The translations under genes and the position numbers were made by a program. Below, one piece after another: positions 42,560 to 55,907 of a DNA stretch of 64,000 bases. The notes under the pieces are model-generated. The model worked only from the letters and a program-made list of their open reading frames with translations. It searched no databases and was not told where the DNA came from. The stretch is from Geosiphon pyriformis uo1 (Eukaryota > Fungi > Glomeromycota). Numbering within the stretch: the first letter of the stretch is position 1; each line of letters opens with the position of its first letter. The stretch is from NCBI GenBank assembly GCA_016748015.1, contig JAAOMT010000082.1, positions 326,349 to 390,348 on the forward strand. The letters are read 5' to 3'.

Positions 42560-45500
42560 ACTATAATTAAAACAAAGAGTAAAAAAGCTATATTTGATAT
42601 TTTTCTAAAATATCTAATAAAGTTTCAATTAAAAAAGTTTTCTCTATTATAGAAACAGTTAAACAGAATATCTTAAAAACTTTTTTTTAAATAATAATAA
42701 TAAAAGATTGTTTTTAGTAGTCTTTAAAGTATTTTTTTATTTTTGGTTGGCTTTTTATTAGTTAAAATTTTTTTCAAAAAATACACTTGGATCAATTTTA
42801 GTATTGTCTCTACTTTTATCAAAAGCCTAAAAGTTTTTAATAGTAAACTAATTAACAAGCTGGTTTTTTTAACTATTGCTATTATATTTAATATATTAGC
42901 ATTATTTCTTTAAAAATAGGCAAAAAAATTAAAATTTCAAAAAATAAGAGCAATTATTTGCTTTTATTATTGTTATACCAAAATTTTTTATGTTTTAAAT
43001 AAAGTTTTAGATGAAATCTTTATTGTATTATTTAATATATTATTTAAGATAGACTAAAACTAATTATTAGCTATGTTGCTAATTATGATGTCTTTTAAAA
43101 AAATTTTACTAGTTTTAAAAGCAAAATTAAGATTTTTTATTGAATTATCTATTCTTAAAAACTAGATTAATTAGATAAAAACTAAATTATTTTTTTAGAT
43201 TTTTAATGCTATTATTAATGGTGGTTGAAAAATTATTACTGGCTATTAAAGATTTATTAAGTAAATAGTCTTTATTTTAAAATTTAGTATAACTTTTAAA
43301 ATTAAATTAACTTATATTAAAACTGTTTTTTAATTTGTATATAGTTTCTTGGATGTTAAGTTAATTATAAAAGACAATATAAAGCTTTTTTATATAAAAT
43401 TTGCTTCTCAAAAGTCTTTAAAAGCTGTATTTTTAATTAAGCTTAAAAGCTTTATTTATTTGGCCACTTTTAAGATTGCTAAATTTTTGGTGGTTTTTGA
43501 GTTTGGTTTTTTTCTGCTGTTATTATATTGTATAATATGCTTTTAAATATGTTTATTATTAATATTAAAATAGTGTTTGATGTATTTAAAAAAGTTATTT
43601 GTATTGTATTAAAGTTTGCTAGTATTTAGCAATATGTAGTTGTTTACTTTAAAAATTTGGATGCTGTTATATCTGCTTTAAATTATTAATTAATTTTGTT
43701 ATATAAAAATAATATTAAAATCTTTTTTTTGGTAAATCAGAATAAAAATATTCTATTTTGTAATAAATTTAAGACCAAATTAATTAATTTTTTTTTTGGC
43801 TGTATTGTTTTTAAAATCAGTAATATAATTTTTTAAGTTAATAATTAAACTTGTTTTATTTTTTACTTATCTAATTTTGATTATTGTTTCCAGTTTTTTT
43901 TGATTATATTTGGCTTATAAAATAATTTAGATATTGTTATTATTAAAACTGATACTTTGAAAAAATATTACATCTGAGAAAAAACTTTTGGATATTAATG
44001 CTGTTTTAAGTATTAAGACTTAAATTATTTGGTTATTGATTGTAAAATATTTCTATCTTTTTTTTAAAAAATTTTTATGATTTTTATGTTTTGTTTTATT
44101 GGTATCAATTTTTATATTAAAACTGCTACTCTTATGTTTCTTTTAGTTTTTAGTTTTCTGATTGATTTTTCTTTTTTTGTTAATATAAAAGCTAGTAATT
44201 TTATAATTTTTTCTTGGTTAATTTCTTTAAAATTTGATTTAACTTAGTTTTTTGTATTGGTTAAATTTATTATTAAGCTAATTAATTCTTTAATTGCTGT
44301 GTTTAAACAGTTTGTTAATGAGAATTTGGTTTCAAGTATTATACTTGGCTTTAAAGTTAATAAAGTTTTAGTATATATAGATATTTTTAACAAAGTAATT
44401 GGTAAGTTGAAGTAAAAAATAGTTGTTTTAAAAACTAAATATAACTATGAGAATATTAATATGTTTGGCTTTTATATAAGTTTGTTTGTAGTTAATAATA
44501 ATATGTTTTCTAATTTAATATTGCTATAAAAACATGAATTTGTTAATATTAAAATTAATGTTTTAAAGACAGCTAAATAACTAATTAAATTGACAGAAAT
44601 TACAAATTATAACTGATTTTGATATTATTAAATTAATTAAAATACTATTAATAAAACACAAAAAACTATAATAAAATTAGATAATTAAAGCCAAATTAAT
44701 TTTTTAATATCTTAATAATTTATTTTAATTAAAAAAATGTTATTTATATGATTCAATATTAATAAATAATTATAAGATAAAAAAGATATATATAAAGCTT
44801 TGTTCTATATTTTTCTTATAGACATAAATATATATAATCTGTAAAATTTTGTTTTTTAAATAATAAAAAAATATATGTTATTAATTATAATTTGATTAAT
44901 TATTTCTAAGTTAAATATATAATTATTTGTTTTAATTTTAAAGATAGTTTATTAAAAATTTTAATTACTATTTTATTATAAAAGATGTTTTTTTTATTGG
45001 TTTTGTTTAATTTTAGCATATTATTTAGCTTATAGAAAGTTTGATTATACTTTTTTTGTTTGTAATTTTTTTGTTAATAATCAATATATAAGTTAAAAAC
45101 AGAACTTTTTATTAGATTTAAATAAAACTAAGTTAATAAATATTTATGCTGAAAAGTCAGCCTTTGTTTTTTATTTGGTTTTCTTTAATAATAAAACTTA
45201 AGTTTTAATTATTAATAGTTTTTTTTATGTGTTTTTTAGTATTTTATTTTAATTTAGTATTTAAATAAAATAAAATTTTTTTGTTAATGTTAAATAAAAT
45301 AAATTTAAAATTTGCTAATTTGGAATGCAGTTTTGTAAGTTGGCTTAAAAATTAAATATACTTATAATAGTAATTTTTTAATCTAGTCTTAAATACTAAT
45401 TATTAATAATTTTTTTATTATAAAATTAAATAAATAATATAATAATAATAAAAATAAAAATTAATAAAAATTTTATAATCTTAAAAAAATTTAATAAGTT

Positions 45501-46990
45501 TAATTTAAATAATAATATTTAAAAAAGCTTAAAATAGAAATTTTATACAAAAAAATTAAATATTGTTCTTAATAACCAATTGTAAATTAAAATAATATAA
45601 AAAAACCAAAATATAATTTTAATATAAGCCAATTTAATTTTAATAATTTTATTAAATACTCATATAAAAACCATTTAATTAAAATTTTTTTAATAATTAT
45701 TAAATTTATTAAGATTAACAGTGTTTTCGAAAAACAAAAAAAAAAGAAAGTATTTTATTTTTATTTAATTAATTTAATTTTTAAATATTAGAAAAATTAA
45801 ATAAAGCTAGTGTTTTATTTTTTATAAAAAACATGATTTTTTTTATAAATACAGATTATATAAAAACAATCAAATTAACTTGACTTAATTTAATATATTT
45901 AATTACAGACTTTAAATTAAAAAGATTGTTTTGAATTAAAAAGAAAAAAAATGTTTTTTGTTTAAATAATATAAAAAAAATAGTTTGGTTATTGGTTTGT
46001 TATTAAAAGTTTTATAACTTTTTGTAATATTAATAATTATATTAAAATTAATCTTAATTAAAAAAACTTTTTGAGTATTAAAATTATTAACAACAATAAA
46101 AAAATAAGAGCTGTTTTTAATTATTTTTGTTATGAAAAAAAACGTTTTTATAAATTAAAATGTTTTATATTAAACATTTAATTTGTATAATATAATGGTT
46201 TTAAATATTTAAAGCTTTTATTATTAAGTTAAAATTTATTAACTTGTGATAAGATATTATTATTTATTTTAAAAGTTTTAAATTTGTTAATTTACTTTGT
46301 TTGTTAATTAATTTTAATAAAAAACAGCATTAAAATTTTTGTTTTATTGAATTAAAAAAAATAATTCTTTAAATGTATAGTTAAACATATTTTATTTCTT
46401 AGTTATTTAAATTTAATTATTATTAAAAACATGGTATTGTTATTTTTAAGTTTTAAAAAGCTTTTATTATTATTATAATCAAAGATTAATATTTTTTCAA
46501 AATATTATATTTAATAAAAAATCTTTAAATATTAAATTTAAATTATCTGGTTTTGGTTTATTAAGCCATTTTTTTAATTTAATAAAAAAATTTTTAAATT
46601 ATTAATTATTTTATTGGTCTAATTTTTTATGTTTAAACTATTATTTAATCAGTTGTGTTTTATTTTTCCATATTTCATAAAAACTTTGAATTCAAATTAA
46701 ATTTTAAAAAGCATAAACTAATTCAATTAATAAAGTTAACAATAAAACCCTTTGGTTTTTTAATAATGCAAATTATTTTATTGTTGATTAATAAAAACAA
46801 ATCCAATGCTAATTTGGAAAACCAATTTCTTTTTTAAAAACGATAATTTGTAGTTTTAACAAAATAATATATATTGCTCAAGAATTGTTTTAAAGCTGAA
46901 ATGAAACATAAATACAATTTTTTAAATACTAATAAAATAGATAATAATAATGAATCTTTGATAAGTAATAATTCTTTTTTTTGGTACTTA
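42560..46990 (+). mobile_element. Heavily decayed non-LTR retrotransposon (LINE-like) copy 1; ORF1 remnant ~42563-44590 plus further remnants
   Basis: 42560-44000 aligns colinearly by eye with 53755-55214, differing mainly by G>A/C>T. Confidence 0.7.
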
Positions 46991-48133
46991 ACTTAGTGTA
47001 AGTCCAACCGGCTGGTCACATGTAGAAAATGCATGATTCACGTCTAATTTTAAAACTTACAAGTTCCCAAACGGACTGTTCGAATGAAAAAGAGCATAGT
47101 TAATCTTTTCAAGATGGATAATTTTTTTAAAAATGCAATTAGTCTCTGACATTTCATTCATGACATTCGACCAAGTAGAATTAGGCAAACAAATAGTGAT
47201 AATCATAAATTTATCCCTTCTCTTCAGAGTGCGTGATCATTAATTTAATTCGCTCATTTTATACTCATTCACAATACAAGGCATAGTATGTAAGACAGGG
47301 TGGCGATTAATCCCTAATAATGCCTTTACCGTTCTTTCATCTCTTTCTATTGATCATTTAGTTGTTCCCCTTAGAAATTGTCTCTAAAGTTGTTAATATA
47401 AAAATAAACTTCAACACAAATATTAATTTTACTGGAAAACTCTTCCAAAATAATGCAGCAATAACCCAAAAAGTTTCACAATAGCCGGGTTACAAAATGC
47501 GTAACAATAAAATTACAAATTACCATTACCTAAATAGGCTGGCATACACTACATAGCCCAATACAGTTATTTCGATACATTCCTTGAACCACAAAGCTCC
47601 TATTCGAAAATCCAAATTGTACGAAGTAGGCTGTGTATTAATGCTTTCCCTTGTATGCATGCATAAACAGGAGGTGAAGGAGCGTTTAAATTTACAACAG
47701 AATACCCTGTTTTTGTACTGGTTCAGAGAACGCTTTTCTCGTCTCCTCTGGCTTTTATCATATTTCTCTATCCAGTTTCAAGAGAGAAAAAGCCTCTTAA
47801 TTGAGCTAAGGATAATTTTGAAGTTTTATCACTTTTTTCGACAATAGTAAAGGAATATATCTTGAAAGAATAATTACCACAATATTTGAACGAAGAAAAA
47901 ATTGACTTAAAATCATAAAAGGCCTTTACCTGTTGATAATAAAATTTCGGATTTAGTATATCAAAATTCTATAACTAAAAAAACAGAGACTCCAAAGACT
48001 CAACCATTTTTTCAAGGACACTTCTCTTTCAGAAGAGAACAATTCAATAAACTTAGTACCTATTTTAAGAGTGTTCAATACATTTCATGGCCTTCTAATA
48101 ATTAAACTCAAAAATTATAATTTTTCTTCCAAA

Positions 48134-50057
48134 ATGACACCAAACACAAAATTTCTCATGATTAGCTTAACAACCACAACTCTATTTCTATCCTTGTGTA
48201 TCACTTTTCTTTTCTCACCAGGCCAGGTCTTTTCAGCACCATTGGATGTTGGCAGTAACAGACTCGCCCGTCGTTTCCCGGTTCCTGTGACGCCGAAATA
48301 CGATCTTACTGCAAACGGTAATGGTAATGGTAATGGTAATAGCAACTTTGGATCGAACAATGGAAATACAAATGGAAATGATAATACAGGTGATCTGAAT
48401 GGTAATGATAATGGAAACGCGAACAAAGGTGATGCGAATGGGATTGGCAATGGAAATCTCAATGTTGGAAATGCCAATGGTAACGCCAATGGAAATCTCA
48501 ATATTGGAAATGCCAACGGTAACGCTAATGGAATCGCGAACAAAGGTGATGTGAATGGTAATGATAATGGAAACGCGAACAAAGGTGATGCCAACGGTAA
48601 CGCCAATGGAATCGCGAACAAAGGTGATGTGAATGGCAATTCCAATGGAAATCTCAATATTGGAAATGCCAATGGTAACGCCAATGGAATCGCGAACAAA
48701 GGTGATGTGAATGGCAATTCCAATGGAAATCTCAATATTGGAAATGCCAACGGTAACGCCAATGGAATCGCGAACAAAGGTGATGTGAATGGCAATTCCA
48801 ATGGAAACGCGAACAAAGGTGATGCCAACGGTAACGCCAATGGAATCGCGAACAAAGGTGATGTGAATGGCAATTCCAATGGAAATCTCAATATTGGAAA
48901 TGCCAATGGTAACGCCAATGGTAACTATAATATTGGTAATCAGAACGGCAACCAAAACGGAAACTTCGACTTGGGTTCATTTAATGGCAATAACAATGGA
49001 AACAACAACTATGGAAGTCAAAATGGGAATTTGGATGGAAATTTCAATATTGGAAACTATAATGGTAATTCAAATGGTAACTATAATATCGGTAATCAGA
49101 ACGGCAACCAAAACGGAAACTTCGACTTGGGTTCATTTAATGGCAATAACAATGGAAACAAAAACTATGGAAGTGGAAATGGGAATTTCGATGGAAATTT
49201 CAATATTGGAAACTATAATGGTAATTCAAATGGTAACGATAATATCGGCAATTATAACGGCAACGAAAACGGAAACTTCAACTATGGCTCATATAATGGC
49301 AATAACAATGGGAACAACAACCATGGAAGTGGAAATGGGAATTGTAATGGCAATAACAATGCATATTTCGATTATGCTAGTTCAGAGAAAAATACTGATT
49401 ATGAGGAAGGAAATAAATGTCCAATGTAAGTTTCTTGGTTTTTTTAACGCAATTGAGATGATATTTTTGCTGAACGATTTTTTAACACTTATTTGATTTT
49501 CTTTTTTCTCTGCGCACATTAATTTTGCATATTTGATCATAATATCATCAAGCATTTCCATTTCAATCTCTTCAAAGACAACGACAACGACAACGACAAC
49601 AACAAAGACAACGACAACGACAACAACTTCAAAGACAACGACAACGACAACGACAACAACAACAACTTCAAAGACAACGACGACAACTTCAAAGACAACG
49701 ACAACAACTTCAACTTCAACAACATCACCACCACCCAAATCTACTCCACCACCACCACCACCACCCAAATCTACTCCACCACCACCACCACCACCACCAC
49801 CCAAATCTACTCCACCACCACCACCACCTCAATCTACTCCACCACCACCCCCGCCACCTCAATCTACTCCACCACCACCCCCGCCACCTCAATCTACTCC
49901 ACCACCACCCCCGCCACCTCAATCTACTCCACCACCACCCCCGCCACCTCAATCTACTCCACCACCACCACCTCAATCTATTCCACCACCACCACCACCT
50001 AAATTTACTCCACCGCCACCTCCAGAAGATACTGAAGTGGATACATGTGAATTGTAA
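48134..50057 (+). CDS. Predicted secreted Gly/Asn 13-mer repeat protein with Thr-rich and (Q/K)STPPPPPP extensin-like C-terminal tail, ~598 aa spliced
   Basis: ATG 48134; hydrophobic signal ending VFSA-P; dibasic LARR; ~27 G-x-x-N-G-N-x-N-G-x-x-N-x repeats. GTAAGT donor at 49426 and AG acceptor at 49551-49552 join in frame (AT|C) to the T/P ORF ending TAA 50057; total 1797 nt. Confidence 0.8.
48310..49365 (+). repeat. Coding tandem repeat, 39-bp unit with 78-bp and 156-bp higher-order periodicity
   Basis: Alternating GDVNGNSNGNLNI/GNANGNANGIANK units, then a four-unit block (GNQNGNQNGNFDL, GSFNGNNNGNNNY, GSQNGNLDGNFNI, GNYNGNSNGNYNI) repeated about three times. Confidence 0.9.
49575..50022 (+). 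repeat. Coding (ACA/ACG)n poly-Thr and ~30-bp QSTPPPPPPP repeats
   Basis: Direct read. Confidence 0.9.
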
Positions 50058-50649
50058 TCAAAATAATAGTTATATTAGGTCTTTTTTAGCTAGTTTTTTT
50101 TTAGTTAATAAAATCTAGTCTTTTCGAATAAGTAGTTAAGATCTTTGAGTTTGGTTACAATTTTTTTCGCGTTTTTTTTGAACTTATTCGTTACATGAAC
50201 AAACTTCGTATGGAATAGTAATTAGATAAATAATAATGCTTTTTCATGAATTGTCTCGGTATAAAAATTTTCTTGTTTTTATCAACGTTCGAAAAGTTTT
50301 TTGCAATAAATTTGACAATATGATCAATTGATAAGTAAAGCAGTTTTAACAAATTTTCATATTTGAAAAAATGATTTTTATAGAACAAAGTTGCAAATTT
50401 TGTTTTAAAATGATATAGTTTATATATTTTACTTTAAACGAAATAAACACAAATGTTATAATTAAAAATAACTTTTTTTATTATTTTTAATTTTTGTAAT
50501 AGTTGTAATTTTTGAATAAACTTAAACATAAATTTACTTTTTATTTGTTTATTTTTTAATGTGCAAGTCCAATTACTATTTAATATAATATAACTACATA
50601 GAGTTTTAAATTAAATGTAATCATGTACTTTTTACATATAACCAGACAT

Positions 50650-52900
50650 AAATTCAGCTAAGACTAAATTATATTAATTTTAAAGAAGAAAATTTGTTTT
50701 AAGATATATGTAATTAAAATACTACTATTGTTAATTATTTTACTTAACTATTTGGCAACATTATTTAATCTTAAGAATTTAAAGCTATTATCTGAATAAA
50801 TGTTTTTTTATTAATTTTGTTATTAAAAATATTTATATTTTTTAATACATTTATACTATAATTTGTTTTTAATTTATTAAACTTCTTATATAATTTATTC
50901 AATTTACAAAAGTATTGGCTTTTTTTTTAATTATATTATTATTATTTTTTAACTTAACATATAAAATAAAATAAATATTAAATAACTTGATAACCAAAAT
51001 AATCAAAGCACTAATAGATTTAACAATAGATTTAATTAATTAAAACCAATTTAAAACTTTAAAATTAATTAAAGACTTGAACAAAAACTTTTAAAAAAAA
51101 AATTGAAAATATTTTGCAATTAAATAATCTGAATTTTAACATCTAAAATAGCATTAATATTTAAGAATTTTTTACCAAATAACACTTTTTTAAAATACTG
51201 ATTTTTTAATTACAACATTCAAATTTTTTTAAAAACCAAAAATAATAATTAAATATCTTAATTACTAAATAAAATCAAAAAAATGCAGATGCAATTACAA
51301 ACTTAAAAAATAATTTACTAATTTTATAAACAAAATAACCAAAAAAAAATTAATTAACTTGGTTTTAAACATATTATAAAAAGTGATAATTTTTTTTTAA
51401 TTAACCAAAAAATTCTAATACTATTGTTACAAATTGGAATAACAAGCTATAGATAGCAAGGGAAAACAAGATTGTAGAATGATAAAAAGAATCAAAAAAA
51501 ATTTAACTTCAAAAAGCAAATTGAATAAGTATAGATTTAATGTGCAAGATTAGTCTTATAAAATATCTCAGTTACTATACTTTTCAAAAGATAACCAAAA
51601 AATCTGAAAATAGAGAAATAGTTCATACTGTCAACAAATAATTACATACTGGTATAATTCTATGTTTTATGTCAGTGCTCTTAGAATTCAATATCAAGTA
51701 TTAAATATATTCTTTAGTCACATTTTATTTAATAATTTTCAAATGTTACAATTACACATTTCAGAAAAAAAGTAGGAAATAACCAATAAATAATTTTTTA
51801 TTCTAAGATATTTGAATACTTGAAGATAGGGAAAGAAAATTTAACAATAAAAGAAAGATTGAGATAAAAGTTGTTATTTTATTTATTTTATTTTCTTAAT
51901 TTTTGATATGCTTTTTTATAGCTAAGAGATTCATTGTTTATATAGCTATTAAAAATAATTAATAATCAGATCAATAACTAGATCAATAATTAAGTCAATA
52001 GTTAGATTATTGATCAAGTTAATGATCATTATCTAAAAATAAGGTAGCTAATTATATAATATCAGTGACTAATACATGTGATAACTAATAAAAAGTATGA
52101 GTTTTAACCATGACACTATTTTTATTATTAAAACTAATTAACAATTAAAAATAGCTGTAATTATATTAAAAAACTTAAAATAAACAATAATATATTATAA
52201 AATACCAAAAAATTTTAACATATTTAAAATATTTAAAATATTAATAACAATAATACTTTTAAACATATTTTATAAAACAATAACAAAAAAACAAAAAAAT
52301 CCAAAAATTATCAAAAATTTGACAATTTTAAAATTAAAAAGATAAATAAAAATAATAAGTACAACTTAAAAACAGTATTTAATATATAAAAAATAGATTT
52401 TATATAAAATAGCTTTATATTATTCTTAAACATAAATTTTATATTAATAAAGTTATATATAAATTAAAAAACAGTTTTAATAAAAGCCAACTTAATTTTA
52501 AAAAAGTTATTAAACACTAAAATAAAAACTATTTATTTAAAAAAATTTCGATAATTAATAATTATTTTTTAAGTACTATTAAAAACAATATTATTAATAA
52601 ACAAAAAAAAATATCTTTAGTTTTTATTTGATTAATTTAATTTTTAAGATCAAATAACTTAATAAATTAATTAATTAAAAACATATTTAAAAACATAAAT
52701 TGTTTTGTTTCCAAAATTAATAAAAATTAATTAAAAATTAACATAATAAACAATATAACATAGTTAATTAAAATTAATTTTAACAAATATATTATTATTA
52801 TTATTATTTAAAAAAAAATATTATTGTTTATAATTAAATTAGAATTAATATAATTATAACAAAATTAATATAATTAGGAAAAAATTCAAATAAAATTAAT
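50650..52900 (-). mobile_element. Decayed LINE-like copy 2 (ORF1 region), interrupted by a solo LTR
   Basis: The reverse complement of 52120-52570 matches ~54435-54925, and 51100-51424 continues the match beyond 54920. Confidence 0.7.
51425..52115 (-). mobile_element. Solo LTR (691 bp) of Gypsy family A, with 4-bp target-site duplication CTAT
   Basis: TGTTA...TGACA termini, flanked by CTAT at 51421-51424 and 52116-52119; the reverse complement matches 55215-55855 along its length. Confidence 0.9.
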
Positions 52901-53754
52901 GTTTGATTTTCTATAAAAAAACAGACTTTAAAAACTAAGTAATATTCTAAAAATTACAAAAAAAACTTTTTAAATATTTTAAAAAATTGATATTTTTAAG
53001 AAAAAAAAATAGTTTGATTATTTATATTAATATAAAAAGAGTAATAATAATAAAAAATATTTTAATTATTAATATATTATTAAAAATTTTAAAACTTTTT
53101 ATAATAATAATAACAACATTAAAATTAAGTTTAAATTGTTTAAAAAAAACTTTAAGTAAAAAATAACTTTTATTTAAAACCAAAAAAAAATGAGTTTTAA
53201 TTATTTTATTTAAAAAAAAACATTTTTATAAAAAAAACAGATTATATGACAATAAAATAATTAAAAAGTAATTCAATTTTAATGAATAATTGAATTAATA
53301 AAAATTTAATATGTAAAATTAATCTTATAAATATCTCAATTACTATTTTTTTTAAAAATTAACAAAAAAATTTGAAAATAGAAAGATAATTTTTATTGTT
53401 GATAAAAATAACACACTAATATAATTTTATGCTTTAAATTAATACTTTTAAAATTTAATATTATAAATTATATTTTTTAGTAAATTTTTATTTAATCTAT
53501 TTTATAAAAACTAATAATTATACAAATTAAAAAAAATATTAAAAAAAATAAAGAAATTAATATTATTGTATTGATTTTTGTTTTTAATAAATTTTAATTA
53601 AGAATAAATAAATTTTTTATAACTTTAATAAATTTTATTTATATTCTTAAAAGAAATTAATAATTTAATTAATGAATAAGTTAATAATTAAATCAATTAA
53701 CAAATTAATAATTATATTAATAATTAATTTAGCTTTTTGTCTCCTTAATTTTAT

Positions 53755-55214
53755 AACTATAATCAGAGCAAAGAATAAAAAAGCTGTACCTAATATCTTT
53801 TCTAAGATATTTAATAAAATTTTAACCAAAGAAGATTTCTTTGTAGTAGAAGCAACTAGGCAAAACGTTTTAGAAGTCTTTTTTTTACCCAGTAATCATA
53901 AAAAGCTGTTTTTGATGACTATTGAAGCAATTTTTTTTATCTTTGGCTGGTTTTTTATCAGTTAAAATTCTCTCAAAGAGACACACTTGAGTTAGTTCTA
54001 GTATTGCCTTCATTCTTACTAAGAGCCCAAAAGTGTTTAATAATAGATGAGTTAACAAGCTGGTGTTTCTTTTCATAGCTTCAACATCTGGTGCTGCTAG
54101 TATCTTCTCTTCAAAAAAAAAGGTTAAAAAGACCAAAAATTCAGAAAAGTGGAAGCAGTTACTTATCTCTGCTATTGTTATACCAAACTTCTTTGTGGTT
54201 TCCAATGAGATCTTAGATAAGATCTTTATAGCATTATCTGGCATATTATCTAAGATAGGCCAAGATCAACTATTGGCTGTGTTACTAAATGTGGTGTCTT
54301 CTGACAGATTATTACTGGTTTTAGAAGCAAAGCAATCTCTTCCTGTTGGGTCATCTGTTCTTAAGAACTGGACTGACCAGATGAAAACTGAATCATCTTC
54401 TCTTCTGGTTTCTGGTGCTGTCATTGGTAATGTTTGAAAAATCATTACTAGTTATCAAAAATTTGCTGGATAAGTGGCCTCTACTCTGATACTTGGTGCT
54501 ACTTTTAAGATCAAATTGGCTTATATTAAGGCTGCTTTTCAGTCTATACATGGTTTTTTGGATGCAAAATTTGTTTCTAAAGACAATATAAAACTCTTCT
54601 GTGTTGAGTTTGCCTTTCAAAGTTCTTTGGATGCTGTATTTCTGGTTGAGCTTACAAGCTCTGTTTGTCTTGCTACTCTTAAAATTGCCAAGTTTTTGGT
54701 GGTTTTTAAGTCTGGTTTTTTTTCTGCTGCTGTTGCACTACATAATGTGCCTTTAAATGTGTCTGCTGCTAATATTAAGTCAGCTCTTGGGATTTTTGGT
54801 GAAGTTTCTCATGTCATGTTGAAGTCTACTGGTGTTTGACAATATGTGGTTATTTATTTTAAAGAATTGGATGCTGCTGTTTCTGCTCTTACTTATTGGT
54901 TGATTTTGGTGGGCAAAGATAGTGTTTGTATTCTTTTTTTTATCAATCAAAATGAGACAATTTTGTTTTATGATCAGTTCAAGACCAAGTTGGTCAATCT
55001 TCCTTCTGGCTGTACTACCATTAAGATTAGTAATATAATCTCCAAAGTTGGTGGCCAGACTTGTTTTATTCCTTGTTTGTCTAATTTTGGTCATTGTTTC
55101 CAGTTTGCTCTGATTACATTTAGTTCCCAAGTTGATTTGAATTCTGTAGTTGTCAAAACTAGTACCTTAAGAAAATGCCATATTTGGTGGAAAACTTCTA
55201 GTTGTTGGTGCTGC
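53755..55214 (+). mobile_element. LINE-like copy 3: ORF1 pseudogene (RRM-like domains, start of CCHC knuckle), cut by Gypsy A
   Basis: RRM-like segments FKIKLAYIKAAFQSIHGF..LFCVEF, VALHNVPLNVSAANIKSALGIFG..YVVIYF and KLVNLPSGCT..FALITF, then WWKTSSCWC, truncated by the LTR. Apparent start ATG>ATA at 53759; in-frame TGA stops. Confidence 0.7.
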
Positions 55215-55907
55215 TATTATGATTGAAATTTATAGTTTTTATTAGTTATCACATGTATTAGCCACTGATGTCATATAATTAGCCACTCTATTTTTAAATA
55301 GTAATCATTAACTTAATCATTGACCACTTTTAATAGTTATATAAGCGATGAATCTCTTAGCTGTAGAAAAACATGTAATAACAAGCATCTGAATAATTAA
55401 GAATAAATAAAATAACAACTTTCATCTCAATTCTTCTCTTATCACTAATTTCTCTTTCCTTACCTTCAAGTATTTGAACATCTTAAAGATAAAAAATTAC
55501 TTGTTGGCCTTTTTTTGACATATATAATTGTAGCATTTGAAGATTATTTGAATAAACATGACTGAAAAACACAAGTTAATATCTGATATTGAATTCTAAG
55601 AGTGCCAATGTGAGGCATAAAATTATACTAGTGGTGATTAATTGTTGACAGTATAGACTATTCCTCTATCTTCAGATTCTCTAGTTATCTTTGAAAAGAA
55701 TAGTGACTGAGATATTTTATAAGACTGATCTCGCACATTGAATCTATACTCATTCAATTTGCTCTTTAAAGTTGAATTCTCTTTTGATTATTTCCATCAC
55801 CTTACAATCCTGTTCTCCTTTGCTATCTGTTAGTTTGTTACTCCAATCTGTAACATAAAAGTAGTGCTCTTTGTGAGGTTGTCAAAATTCACTTATTCCC
55901 TCATTGT

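Noticed and set aside
48115-49976. Long antisense and alternate-frame ORFs (48115..48918, 48233..48955, 48867..49496, 49382..49804, 49725..49976)
   Set aside because: Shadows of the low-complexity coding repeats; only the + frame has a signal peptide and a coherent gene structure.
47010-50647. Gly/Asn gene as cargo of a TIR (Pack-type) transposon
   Set aside because: The inverted flanks are better explained as the ends of two oppositely oriented LINE remnants; no TSD was found.
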